NCBI RefSeq assembly: GCF_000981785.2
Contig: NZ_CP011304.1
Location: 1,050,001-1,082,000, forward strand
Direction of reading: 5' to 3'
DNA length: 32,000 nucleotides
From: Microcystis aeruginosa NIES-2549
Lineage (GTDB): Bacteria > Cyanobacteriota > Cyanobacteriia > Cyanobacteriales > Microcystaceae
Below are positions 16,329 through 24,820 of the stretch, piece by piece. Both the position numbers and the translations under genes were made by a program. Every line of letters starts with the position of its first letter. Position 1 is the first letter of the stretch. The notes beneath the pieces were generated by a model. That model made no database searches. It saw only the letters and a program-made list of their open reading frames with translations, and was not told the origin of the DNA.

Positions 16329-17135
16329 TTATTTTTCTACCTTAACCCGTTGACTAACGACAACAATCCCATCTCCTTGAATTAAAATCGCCGATAACCA
16401 GCGATTTTCCGGTGTTGCCGGCGCTTTTACCCGCTTAAATAAACCGCCGGACTGTAATAATTCCAATTCTAGAGGCTTTGTATTAATATAGCGCTCAATA
16501 TCTACTTTCTCATCGATCGCCGCTCCGGCCAATAAATCATCCCCCAAAGGTTCGCGGACAATCACATCAAAATCAAATTCTTCACCCGCTTTCACCCTTT
16601 CGGGAATTCTCACTTGAATACTGGGGGGATTTTTGCCAGTGCTTAACTCAACTCTTTCGCTTAAAATCTCCTGATAAACCAGTTTATTGCCTTGAAATTG
16701 TTGACGAGAACGAATAGTAGCATTCATTCTCACCACTCGTCCCTGCACCTTTCCCGTCCCGGTAATTTTAGTAATTGTATTGGCCGTTAACTTGTCCCCG
16801 GAACGACTCCAAGATTCGAGGGTCGTGGTGTATTGTAGATTGTTATAACGTTCCCAAAAATGAGTTAAAGCTTTTTTAGTTTTTTCGTAGGTCAGGCCAT
16901 CGGAGTTAGTAAATTTCGGGCTATAAAACTCCATTAATTGCTTGAGATTTCGCTCATTAGCCGCCGTTTCGATTTTAGAGATAAGGGTTTTTAAATTAGC
17001 TGGGGCAGTTTCTGGCTTTTCGGCCCGCAGACCGGTGGCAAGGGTAAAAGTTAACCCCAAACCTAACAGCAACGACAGGGAAAAATTGAGGGATTGACGA
17101 AAAAATTTATTGGGAATCGTGTTCAAGTTACGCAT
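16329..17135 (-). CDS. Secreted or periplasmic hypothetical protein (signal peptide, possible NTF2/SnoaL-like fold)
   Basis: 268 aa. The N-terminal hydrophobic segment LSLLLGLGLTFTLATGLRA looks like a signal peptide. No catalytic motif was recognised. Confidence 0.6.
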   Translation of the reverse strand: MRNLNTIPNKFFRQSLNFSLSLLLGLGLTFTLATGLRAEKPETAPANLKTLISKIETAANERNLKQLMEFYSPKFTNSDGLTYEKTKKALTHFWERYNNLQYTTTLESWSRSGDKLTANTITKITGTGKVQGRVVRMNATIRSRQQFQGNKLVYQEILSERVELSTGKNPPSIQVRIPERVKAGEEFDFDVIVREPLGDDLLAGAAIDEKVDIERYINTKPLELELLQSGGLFKRVKAPATPENRWLSAILIQGDGIVVVSQRVKVEK

Positions 17136-17216
17136 TAGTGATAGTTTGTGTAAGGATCGATCAATAACTATGGTAGATTATTTCATTCTAGGGCTAAATT
17201 TACCCTCTCTCGAATT

Positions 17217-18290
17217 ATGGCACGCACTCCAACCCGTCTATTGATTGCCGCTAGTGGTACTGGTGGTCATTTATTTCCCGCTTTGGCCGTGGCCGAGCGC
17301 TTGCCGGATTACGAGATTGAATGGTTAGGAGTTCCAGACCGTCTGGAACAGTCCTTAGTTCCAAAAACCTATCCCCTGCACACTATTCCCATTGAGGGGT
17401 TTCAAACCCGTTTGGGGTTAAAAACTCTCAAGATTCTGCTGCGTCAACTGTGGGCCATTTGGCAAGTGCGTAGTTTAATCAAAAAACGTCAGATAGCGGC
17501 AGTTTTTACCACCGGGGGTTATATCGCAGGACCGACCATTTTAGCGGCTCGTTTAGCCAATATTCCCGTCATCCTACACGAATCTAACTACATACCGGGC
17601 AAAGTCACTAAAGTTCTCGGTCGCTGGTGTGATACGGTTGCCCTCGGTTTTCAGGGAACCGCCAGCTATTTACCCGGCACTCGCAGCACTTGGGTTAGTA
17701 CACCAGTACGCGAGCAGTTTCTCATTCCCCAGTCCCTAGATTTACCGATTCCAGAGACTGCTTTTTTAATTGTCGTTGCCGGTGGTTCTCAAGGGGCCGT
17801 AGCTCTTAATCAACTTGTCCGACAAAGCGCTCCCCAATGGTTAGAAAAAGGCATTTATATCGTGCATCTCACGGGAGAAAACGACCCCGAAGCGGATAGT
17901 TTGCGCCATTCTAACTATTTTTCCCGGCCTTTTTACGACAATATGGCGGGATTATGGCAAAGAGCTAATCTGGCTATCAGTCGCTCCGGTGCCGGCACTT
18001 TAACAGAATTAGCGATCACTTGTACGCCTTCGATTTTAATTCCCTATCCTTTTGCTGCCGAAGACCATCAGTTCTATAATGCCAAAGTTTTCGCCGAAGC
18101 TCAAGCCGCTTATCTTTACCGTCAAAATGAGTTAACTGCTCAGTTTTTAAGCGAATTAGTCCTCGATTTATGGTCTAATCCCGAAAAATTGGCCGCCATG
18201 GCTCAACAAGCTTCTCATCTAGCTATTAGTGATAGTGCCGATTTATTAGCCGATTTGTTGAGAAGAAAGAGTCAAAAAGATAGTTTTTGA
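17217..18290 (+). CDS. murG: UDP-N-acetylglucosamine--N-acetylmuramyl-(pentapeptide) pyrophosphoryl-undecaprenol N-acetylglucosamine transferase
   Basis: SGTGGHLFPALAVAE, HESN..PG..T, GGSQGA and RSGAGTLTEL motifs. Confidence 0.9.
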   Translation: MARTPTRLLIAASGTGGHLFPALAVAERLPDYEIEWLGVPDRLEQSLVPKTYPLHTIPIEGFQTRLGLKTLKILLRQLWAIWQVRSLIKKRQIAAVFTTGGYIAGPTILAARLANIPVILHESNYIPGKVTKVLGRWCDTVALGFQGTASYLPGTRSTWVSTPVREQFLIPQSLDLPIPETAFLIVVAGGSQGAVALNQLVRQSAPQWLEKGIYIVHLTGENDPEADSLRHSNYFSRPFYDNMAGLWQRANLAISRSGAGTLTELAITCTPSILIPYPFAAEDHQFYNAKVFAEAQAAYLYRQNELTAQFLSELVLDLWSNPEKLAAMAQQASHLAISDSADLLADLLRRKSQKDSF

Positions 18291-18862
18291 AACAAATCGG
18301 CCACGCGAAAAGTGAACCCCGGAACCACATCTTCCCCCTCCAGAAAATCTCCTGATGTTAATAATCCCTGCGGTTCGTACCCGCAACGATAAACTAAAAC
18401 ATAGTGTTGACCTGGACTGATAACCCAGAGCAAACGAGTACCATTGGCAAAATATTCGGCAATTTTGTCCTCGATTTCTGCCACTGTATTCCCTGGAGAG
18501 AGAATTTCTACCACTAAATCTGGCCCACCTTCTAAAAAACCCGTCGGCAATTCTTCCAATCCTTGCAGACGTTCCTTGTCAAAAAAAGCTATATCGGGAG
18601 AACGTTTATTGCCATTTTTCATGGTAAAAGCAGTGCTGGAGTCCAATAATACACCTAGTTTTCGAGATGTTACTAAACCGAATAAAGCAGCACTTAAAAG
18701 AATGGCAATATAACCGTGGAAAGCCCCAGAATTACCCAGATTAATTAACTCTCCCTTGACCAATTCGTAACGATTACCATCGTCAGGTAACGCCATAAAC
18801 TCTGCATCAGTCCATACTTTTGTCTCTGGAGTTTTAATCACAGTAGTTTCTCGAATAGACAT
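18272..18862 (-). CDS. Uma2-family (DUF820) putative endonuclease
   Basis: W.DAEFMALPDDGNRYELVKGELI...PDIAF...PDLVVEILSPGN...K..Y...G....WVI.P. I use ATG 18862, which has GAGGA 9 nt upstream, rather than the GTG at 18886. Confidence 0.85.
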   Translation of the reverse strand: MSIRETTVIKTPETKVWTDAEFMALPDDGNRYELVKGELINLGNSGAFHGYIAILLSAALFGLVTSRKLGVLLDSSTAFTMKNGNKRSPDIAFFDKERLQGLEELPTGFLEGGPDLVVEILSPGNTVAEIEDKIAEYFANGTRLLWVISPGQHYVLVYRCGYEPQGLLTSGDFLEGEDVVPGFTFRVADLFQKLSF

Positions 18863-18897
18863 AATTGATCCTCGGTAAATATTCACAAGTAAAACCC

Positions 18898-19758
18898 TTA
18901 AAGAATTTCCTGTAACATCCGATTGGCCTGGGAGGCGTAACCACCACCAAATAAATTAAAGTGATTGAGAATGTGGTAGAGATTGTAAAGAGTTTTGCGC
19001 TGTTGATAACCGGCATCAAGGGGGAAAACATCGTTATAACCCCGATAAAAAGCCGCCGGAAAACCGCCAAAAAGTTCCGTCATGGCTAAATCTACCTCCC
19101 GGTCTCCCCAATAGGTGGCAGGGTCTAAAATTACCGGTTCCCCATCGACGGTAATTGCCGCATTTCCCGACCACAAATCACCGTGGACGAGGGAGGGATG
19201 GGGTTGATGCTGACTCAAAATCTCGCTAATAGCGGGAATAACTTGATCCTCGTCGGGAAAATTGCCGCCGCGCTCCTTCGCAAGTCTTAATTGATAGCCA
19301 ATGCGCTGATGAGCGAAAAAATCCGCCCAATTGTTACTAATGGTATTAATCTGGGGAGTAGAACCAATGGTATTATTACACTGCCAACCAAAGCGATCGG
19401 ATAGGGAAACTTGATGTAAATGAGCTAAATTTCGCCCCATTTTTTCCCAGCTTTGACTATTGCCACCGCCGAATTCTAACCACTCTAGCACTAAATAACT
19501 AGATTTCTCGGCAATTCCCCAACAAATTGGCTCCGGAACCCTGATAGTCTTGGTAGCGTGAATTTGCTTTAATCCTAAAGCTTCGGCGGCAAACATGGCC
19601 TCTTGGTTCGCTTGGTTAATCTTAACGAAATAAATTAAACCATTGCCACTGACGGCATAACCCTGATTGATACAGCCTCCACTAACGGGACGACTTTTCT
19701 CGATTTCAAAGGGTTTTTCTGTGGTTTGGGTAATATGTCGAGCAATTTGAGTCCACAT
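18898..19758 (-). CDS. Fructosamine/ketosamine-3-kinase family protein
   Basis: VSGGCIN..Y...FVK.N...MF.AEA.GL...PSLVHGDLWSGN...DPA.YWGDREVDLAM. Confidence 0.85.
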   Translation of the reverse strand: MWTQIARHITQTTEKPFEIEKSRPVSGGCINQGYAVSGNGLIYFVKINQANQEAMFAAEALGLKQIHATKTIRVPEPICWGIAEKSSYLVLEWLEFGGGNSQSWEKMGRNLAHLHQVSLSDRFGWQCNNTIGSTPQINTISNNWADFFAHQRIGYQLRLAKERGGNFPDEDQVIPAISEILSQHQPHPSLVHGDLWSGNAAITVDGEPVILDPATYWGDREVDLAMTELFGGFPAAFYRGYNDVFPLDAGYQQRKTLYNLYHILNHFNLFGGGYASQANRMLQEIL

Positions 19759-19760
19759 AG

Positions 19761-19824
19761 GTTATCAGTTATCAGTTATCAGTTATCAGTTATCAGTTAT
19801 CAGTTATCAGTTATCAGTTATCAG
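19761..19824. repeat. Perfect heptanucleotide tandem array (GTTATCA) x9
   Basis: Nine uninterrupted copies begin 3 nt upstream of the kinase start codon (read on the plus strand). Confidence 0.95.
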
Positions 19825-19880
19825 ATGTAAGTTTTAAGTTAATTAGTTATTGATTTATTTATTTATCTTCATCTTTATCC

Positions 19881-19933
19881 CTGATTACTGTTCACTGATT
19901 ACTGTTCACTGATTACTGATTACTGTTCCCTGT
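19881..19933. repeat. Imperfect heptamer array CTGATTA/CTGTTCA
   Basis: ctgattactgttca x2, then ctgattactgattactgttccctgtt. CTGATTA is one mismatch from the reverse complement (CTGATAA) of the TTATCAG register of the 19761 array. It abuts the M16 peptidase stop. Confidence 0.85.
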
Positions 19934-21223
19934 TTACTGAATTGGTCTTACCACCACCACACCGTAAGCGTTAGGATTTAAATACTCTTGACAGGCATTT
20001 TGAATATCCTCTAAAGTGAGGGCTTCAATGTGTTGGGGATAACAAAAAGCCGGTTGTAAATCACCGATCTGAGTATGATAATAACCGTAAAGGTTAGCTC
20101 GATCGCTCGGTCTTTCATTGCTAAAAATAAACCGATTGGCCACTTGGGTTTTAACTCGTTCCAGTTCAGAAACTGTCACAGCTTCCTGTTGAATTTGTCC
20201 AATCTGTGCTATTACTTCCCTCTCCACCTGCTCGATATTTTCCGAGGCTAATTGGGCCGACACGGAAAACACCCCTTGCACTGCTTGGGACATATTACTG
20301 GCAGTTATTTGGGAAACTAAGGCCTTTTCTTGGCGCAGAGATTGAAATAATCGCGATACCTTGCCCTGACCCAGAATAGCCGCTAAAACATCGAGAGGAT
20401 AGGTTTTTTCTAAGTCTCTTAACCCCGGCACTTTCCAAAATAGGATTAAGCGGGCCTGCTGCAAATTTTCATCCTCGTATTCTTGACGGATAATCTCGTT
20501 AAAAGGGGCTTCAGGCTGTAGATTAGCGATCGGATGGGAAATAGGATCAGAATTGCCGTTACTGCCTAAATTATCTAGAGAATCGCTCACAATAGCCATT
20601 AAATCATCTACAGGCAAATTACCCACCACCGCCACCGTCATCCATTCGGGACGATACCAAGTCCGATGAAAATCTCGCATTTGTTGAGGAGTAAGATTTT
20701 CAATCACTGCCATCGGACCCAACACCGGACGACGATAGGGTAAAACTTGAAAACAAGTCTCCATGGTGCGATAAAAAGTGCGACGACGGGGATTATCCTG
20801 AGAACGACGAATTTCTTCTAAAATAACCTGTCTTTCCCGTTCAAAAGCTTCATCGGGAATTAAAGCTTCTAAAACCACTTCTAGCTGCAGCGGGGCCAGA
20901 TGGGCGAAGTCCTGCGGGGCAGTGGTAATGTAATAATGGGTGTATTCTTGGCTAGTAGCGGCATTAGTCACCGCTCCCCTCGATTCGATCGCCCGTTCAA
21001 ATTCGCCACTGTCTAAGTTAGGGGTTCCTTTAAAAACCATGTGTTCGAGAAAATGAGCCATGCCATTGATCTGATCCGATTCTAAGGCCGAGCCGACCTG
21101 CAGCCAAACATTGAGATTAACCGCTTCTACCGGTTGACTTTCGGCAATAATCGTTAAACCATTAGCAAGACGGTGCAGAATTGGAGTGTTAAGCGTGGCA
21201 GGTTTCCCTAGGATAGCCGTCAT
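19934..21223 (-). CDS. M16-family (pitrilysin/insulinase-like) zinc peptidase
   Basis: HFLEHMVFKGT zinc-binding motif near aa 57. 429 aa. Confidence 0.9.
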   Translation of the reverse strand: MTAILGKPATLNTPILHRLANGLTIIAESQPVEAVNLNVWLQVGSALESDQINGMAHFLEHMVFKGTPNLDSGEFERAIESRGAVTNAATSQEYTHYYITTAPQDFAHLAPLQLEVVLEALIPDEAFERERQVILEEIRRSQDNPRRRTFYRTMETCFQVLPYRRPVLGPMAVIENLTPQQMRDFHRTWYRPEWMTVAVVGNLPVDDLMAIVSDSLDNLGSNGNSDPISHPIANLQPEAPFNEIIRQEYEDENLQQARLILFWKVPGLRDLEKTYPLDVLAAILGQGKVSRLFQSLRQEKALVSQITASNMSQAVQGVFSVSAQLASENIEQVEREVIAQIGQIQQEAVTVSELERVKTQVANRFIFSNERPSDRANLYGYYHTQIGDLQPAFCYPQHIEALTLEDIQNACQEYLNPNAYGVVVVRPIQ

Positions 21224-21309
21224 TCTTTATTAGTCCTCGGTAATCACTCTGGCAAAAATTGTCACTTTTCTCTATTGTAGTCCCAGATTTTCACAGAGCC
21301 AACAAGATC

Positions 21310-21440
21310 AGGTGTTAGGTGTTAGGAGTTAGGAGATAGGAGACTCCGAGACAGGAGATCATTTCATTTATCCTCCCCACACCCCACACCCCACCCCCCA
21401 CCTCCCCACCTCCCCACACCCCACTTCCCCACTTCCCCAC
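21310..21440. repeat. STRR-like composite: AGGTGTT/AGGAGTT/AGGAGAT heptamers, AT spacer, then a long CCCCACA / CCCCACCT / CCCCACTT tract
   Basis: Heptamers 21310-21344, spacer atttcatttatcct, and a C-tract 21375-21440 with nine C4 or longer runs spaced 3-4 nt apart. Confidence 0.9.
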
Positions 21441-21469
21441 TTGCCTCTGAGAAAAAAAAATGCTATGAT
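21441..21469 (+). promoter_or_regulatory. Candidate sigma70-type promoter (TTGCCT-N17-TATGAT)
   Basis: -35 at 21441-21446, an exactly 17-nt spacer containing A9, and -10 at 21464-21469. It would start a transcript about 370 nt upstream of the NDH-2 ATG. Confidence 0.3.
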
Positions 21470-21846
21470 CGGACTAAATCGGGCTTCTACGTTGGTGACT
21501 GCCTTTCAAGTTTTTTGATCTATGCTTGATTGTGATAAGGGAGCAAGTAACCAATTCGTGTGGTAGTAAACCGAGCTTGTACTCGGAAACAGAAACGCGG
21601 AATATAAGTTCCCACCTGGTTAACCCAGGTCATAAACTTAGGTAAAACGGCGTAGCGGTCTTTTCAAGTTTTTCGAGCAGATCAGAGTCCCTGTACTTTT
21701 TTGGTTTTGCCTTCCGCGCTGGCCAAAAAAGCGCTGATTTATATTTTTTCTAGGTTAAAGACTGCTGTTTTCGGTAACGTTTGTCACCGCTAAATTGTGA
21801 CAATCCGGACTACACTAGGGAGAAATTTATGAATTATTGTTAAGCA

Positions 21847-23217
21847 ATGACTGAAAAACAGCCAAGAGTTGTTATCATAGGCGGCGGGTTTGCGGGTTTA
21901 TACACGGCCAAAGCCCTAAAAAACGCTCCCGTTCATGTTACCCTCATCGATAAGCGAAATTTCCATCTTTTTCAGCCCCTTCTCTATCAAGTCGCTACTG
22001 GGGCGCTATCTCCGGCCGATATCTCCTCACCTTTGCGCTTAATCCTACGGGGTCATGACAATACAGATATTCTCCTCGATCATGCCATAGATATAGATCC
22101 AGTTAAGGGAGAAGTGATCTTGACAGATCACCCGCCGATCGCCTACGATCAATTAGTTATTGCCACGGGAGTCAGTCATCACTATTTTGGCAATGATCAA
22201 TGGCAACCCTACGCCCCCGGGTTAAAAACCATTGAAGACGCAGTAGAAATGCGTCGTCGCATCTATCTCGCTTTCGAGAAGGCCGAGAAAGAAATCGATG
22301 CCGAAAAGCGGCAAGCTTTATTAACTTTTGTGATTGTCGGTGGCGGACCGACGGGGGTAGAATTAGCAGGAGCGATCGCTGAAATTGCCCACGGTGCGCT
22401 TCGGTCTGATTTTCACCAGATTAACCCCACAGAAGCGAAAATTTTGCTCTTAGAAGGGATGGATCGGGTATTACCTCCATATTCACCCGATTTATCCGCT
22501 AAAGCTGCTGCTTCTCTCATAAAATTAGGGGTGACAGTCGAAACTAACAGCATCGTTACCAATATTGTTGAAGGTTGTGTCAGCGTCCGTCAGGGAGAAA
22601 AGACGACAGAAATCGCTGCCGAGACAATTTTATGGGCAGCAGGGGTAAAAGCATCGAGAATGGGGCGAATTTTGGCCGAAAGAACCGGGGTAAATCTTGA
22701 TCGCGTCGGCCGGGTAATCGTCGAACCCGATTTAAGTATCGCCGGTTATGCCAATATTTTTGTGATCGGGGATCTGGCTAATTTTGCCCATCAGGGAGAT
22801 AAACCCTTACCCGGAGTTGCCCCTGTGGCCATGCAGGAGGGCGAATATCTGGCTAATTTATTAATTTCTCGCCTAAAAGGGCAAACTATTCAACCTTTTC
22901 ATTATATCGATCGAGGTAGTCTGGCAGTTATCGGCCAAAATGCGGCCGTGGTTGATTTGGGATTTGTCAAGTTTTCCGGGTTCATCGCTTGGTTAGTCTG
23001 GGTTTGGGCTCATATTTACTATCTGATCGAATTTGATAATAAATTAGTGGTGATGGTGCAATGGGGTTGGAATTATTTTACCCGCGGTCGTGGCGCTCGT
23101 TTGATTACGGGAGAGGGGCAGAATTTAGCCTCGGGACAATTGCCGCAAAATAACGGCCAAAATAATAACAATCTTGCCGTTTCTAACCCGAAGGAAACTC
23201 TCTCTGCGCGATCATAA
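21847..23217 (+). CDS. Type II NADH:quinone oxidoreductase (NDH-2)
   Basis: VVIIGGGFAGLYTAK dinucleotide fold, FHLFQPLLYQVATG, a second GGGPTGVELAG fold, and a hydrophobic C-terminal anchor. I cannot tell which ndb paralog it is. Confidence 0.9.
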   Translation: MTEKQPRVVIIGGGFAGLYTAKALKNAPVHVTLIDKRNFHLFQPLLYQVATGALSPADISSPLRLILRGHDNTDILLDHAIDIDPVKGEVILTDHPPIAYDQLVIATGVSHHYFGNDQWQPYAPGLKTIEDAVEMRRRIYLAFEKAEKEIDAEKRQALLTFVIVGGGPTGVELAGAIAEIAHGALRSDFHQINPTEAKILLLEGMDRVLPPYSPDLSAKAAASLIKLGVTVETNSIVTNIVEGCVSVRQGEKTTEIAAETILWAAGVKASRMGRILAERTGVNLDRVGRVIVEPDLSIAGYANIFVIGDLANFAHQGDKPLPGVAPVAMQEGEYLANLLISRLKGQTIQPFHYIDRGSLAVIGQNAAVVDLGFVKFSGFIAWLVWVWAHIYYLIEFDNKLVVMVQWGWNYFTRGRGARLITGEGQNLASGQLPQNNGQNNNNLAVSNPKETLSARS

Positions 23218-23281
23218 AAGTGTGAAAAAATAGCCGTGATTATCCAGTTATCAGTTAGCAGATAAGAACAATCGATCGATA

Positions 23282-23536
23282 ATGAAAATAGAACGTCCTA
23301 ACAGTCTAGAAATTACCCCAGAGGAAAGCCAAGAATTAGAATATTTACGAGTTACAATTGAACGAGCGATCAAAGATGGTGTGATCACAAGAATAGAATT
23401 TGAATCGATTAAAACGATCATGTTTTCTAACAAGAAAAACAATCCCGACCAAATCCTTCGGCAAGTGACACTCTATCGCCATTTAGTCGTTGAAAAACTG
23501 AATAATAGCGAACTAATTTTTGAATCTCCCCAATAG
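23282..23536 (+). CDS. Hypothetical small protein (84 aa)
   Basis: ORF with balanced, protein-like composition. No family was recognised and there is no clear Shine-Dalgarno sequence. Confidence 0.4.
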   Translation: MKIERPNSLEITPEESQELEYLRVTIERAIKDGVITRIEFESIKTIMFSNKKNNPDQILRQVTLYRHLVVEKLNNSELIFESPQ

Positions 23537-23586
23537 GGTGAAATGCTGTTGTAAGCTGCCCGCGCATTTAAATTGCTTGTTGAGAT

Positions 23587-23864
23587 AGGGTGCATCTCAC
23601 ATTTGCAGGAATACCGACAATCAGCAATTGTCAGTGACTCTTAGATGATGACAAATGTATCAGCAGCTGCGTGTAAGCATCCCACCGAAAAGCTAATGCG
23701 CGGGGGGTTTGGGGGCGGCGCCACGCCCCCAACGGGGGGTTTGGGGGGTAGAACCCCCCAAAAGCTTGGATTGAGTAATAAAATCGGAAGTAATGCCCAA
23801 TTTTAGCCGAGAGTTTCCAAGTAAAAATCCCAATTGGTAGATTGACAAAAATGAGATGCACCCT
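23587..23864. mobile_element. MITE-like non-coding element (~278 bp) with 13-bp perfect terminal inverted repeats and a G/C-hairpin core
   Basis: agggtgcatctca at 23587-23599 is inverted as tgagatgcaccct at 23852-23864. The internal core ggggggtttgggggcggcgccacgcccccaacggggggtttggggggtagaaccccccaaa includes a 9-bp stem at 23740-23762. Confidence 0.5.
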
Positions 23865-23891
23865 TACCTCCTGCCTTTTGCCTTTGTTAGC

Positions 23892-24533
23892 CTATTCTTT
23901 TTTGTCGCTACCTGGAAAAGCTCGACCTTGAATATTTTCTAAAGCTGAAACTGCCGCTCGGGAACCAGCGATAATATCTCGTTCTTCTCCCCCTAAATAT
24001 AAGCGGCCAAAACTGCCCACGGAAGTAACGTGTAGGATATTAATTAAAGCGGCTTTTTCCGCCTGATTAGCGGCTAGGGAAGCGTAGGCGGCTGGTTGCA
24101 CTTCTAAAACGTATAAAGTCTGTCCCGCCATTAACATCATACCCCGAGAACTCCGGTTAATTAATTGGGCTTGGTAAGCGTCAATGTTGCGAATAATTTG
24201 GCTAGAGACAATTTGCGGTTTCAGACAATCGCGCTGACTAACGCCTAAATACTGCAAAATTGCCTGACCGGCCGCCCTTACCTCTCCCTGACTGCTAGAA
24301 TGGAGTTCTAAGAGTCCATAGAGTCGTTCTACGAATAGAACCCCCGGACGAACCACGGCGGATTTGAGGGCAATATCGGTGATGCGATTAATCTCGATGC
24401 CGGGGGAAATTTCAATCCAGAGGGAAGCATCCCCGGGTAAGGGTAAAAATCCTTGGGCGACTGTACCGATGTAAGCAGCGTGTTGAAGCTGTAAATTGTC
24501 AAGATAAACGTAACTGCGAAGTTCTACACCCAA
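23892..24533 (-). CDS. ccmP: Carboxysome shell protein CcmP (tandem BMC domain, BMC-T)
   Basis: [50 protein letters not shown]...[15 protein letters not shown] is near-identical to CcmP as recalled (213 aa). Confidence 0.85.
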   Translation of the reverse strand: MGVELRSYVYLDNLQLQHAAYIGTVAQGFLPLPGDASLWIEISPGIEINRITDIALKSAVVRPGVLFVERLYGLLELHSSSQGEVRAAGQAILQYLGVSQRDCLKPQIVSSQIIRNIDAYQAQLINRSSRGMMLMAGQTLYVLEVQPAAYASLAANQAEKAALINILHVTSVGSFGRLYLGGEERDIIAGSRAAVSALENIQGRAFPGSDKKE

Positions 24534-24820
24534 GCTAATTTCTCCCTCTCTGGTCTATCTTAAAAGTTATGGGGACAGTGATAGGTTCTGCCGCCCTATC
24601 GATCGCCTTGAGGCGACAGTTAGATCTAAAATGTCTTTCAGTCCCCTTTCTGTCCTCTAGCAAATCCCCATTGCAACCCCGGAGCGACGATTAATCAATC
24701 CTTAATTAGGGCTTAGGCATTACCATCTTTCACTATAGTATAGAATTGACGGCCTTTAAATTTGCTGGGGAGAAGGGGTAAAAAACTATAATTATGGGTA
24801 CAAACTGAGGGAAAACCAGC

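Noticed and set aside
18444-19070. ORFs 18444-18713(+) and 18834-19070(-)
   Set aside because: They overlap the well-supported Uma2 and fructosamine-kinase genes out of frame or antisense.
19761-19933. Tandem arrays considered as CRISPR (also 21310-21440 and 29077-29194)
   Set aside because: The period is 7-8 nt with no unique spacers of 25-40 nt, and there are no cas genes in the window.
23251-23442. 63-aa minus-strand ORF antisense to the 23282-23536 ORF
   Set aside because: The Ile/Leu/Ser-rich translation is less protein-like than the plus-strand ORF. Both ORFs are uncertain, so only the plus one is reported, at low confidence.
23631-23861. 76-aa minus-strand ORF
   Set aside because: It lies entirely inside the MITE-like element and reads through its G/C tracts (GGFYPPNPPLGAWRRPQTPR), so it is most likely not a gene.
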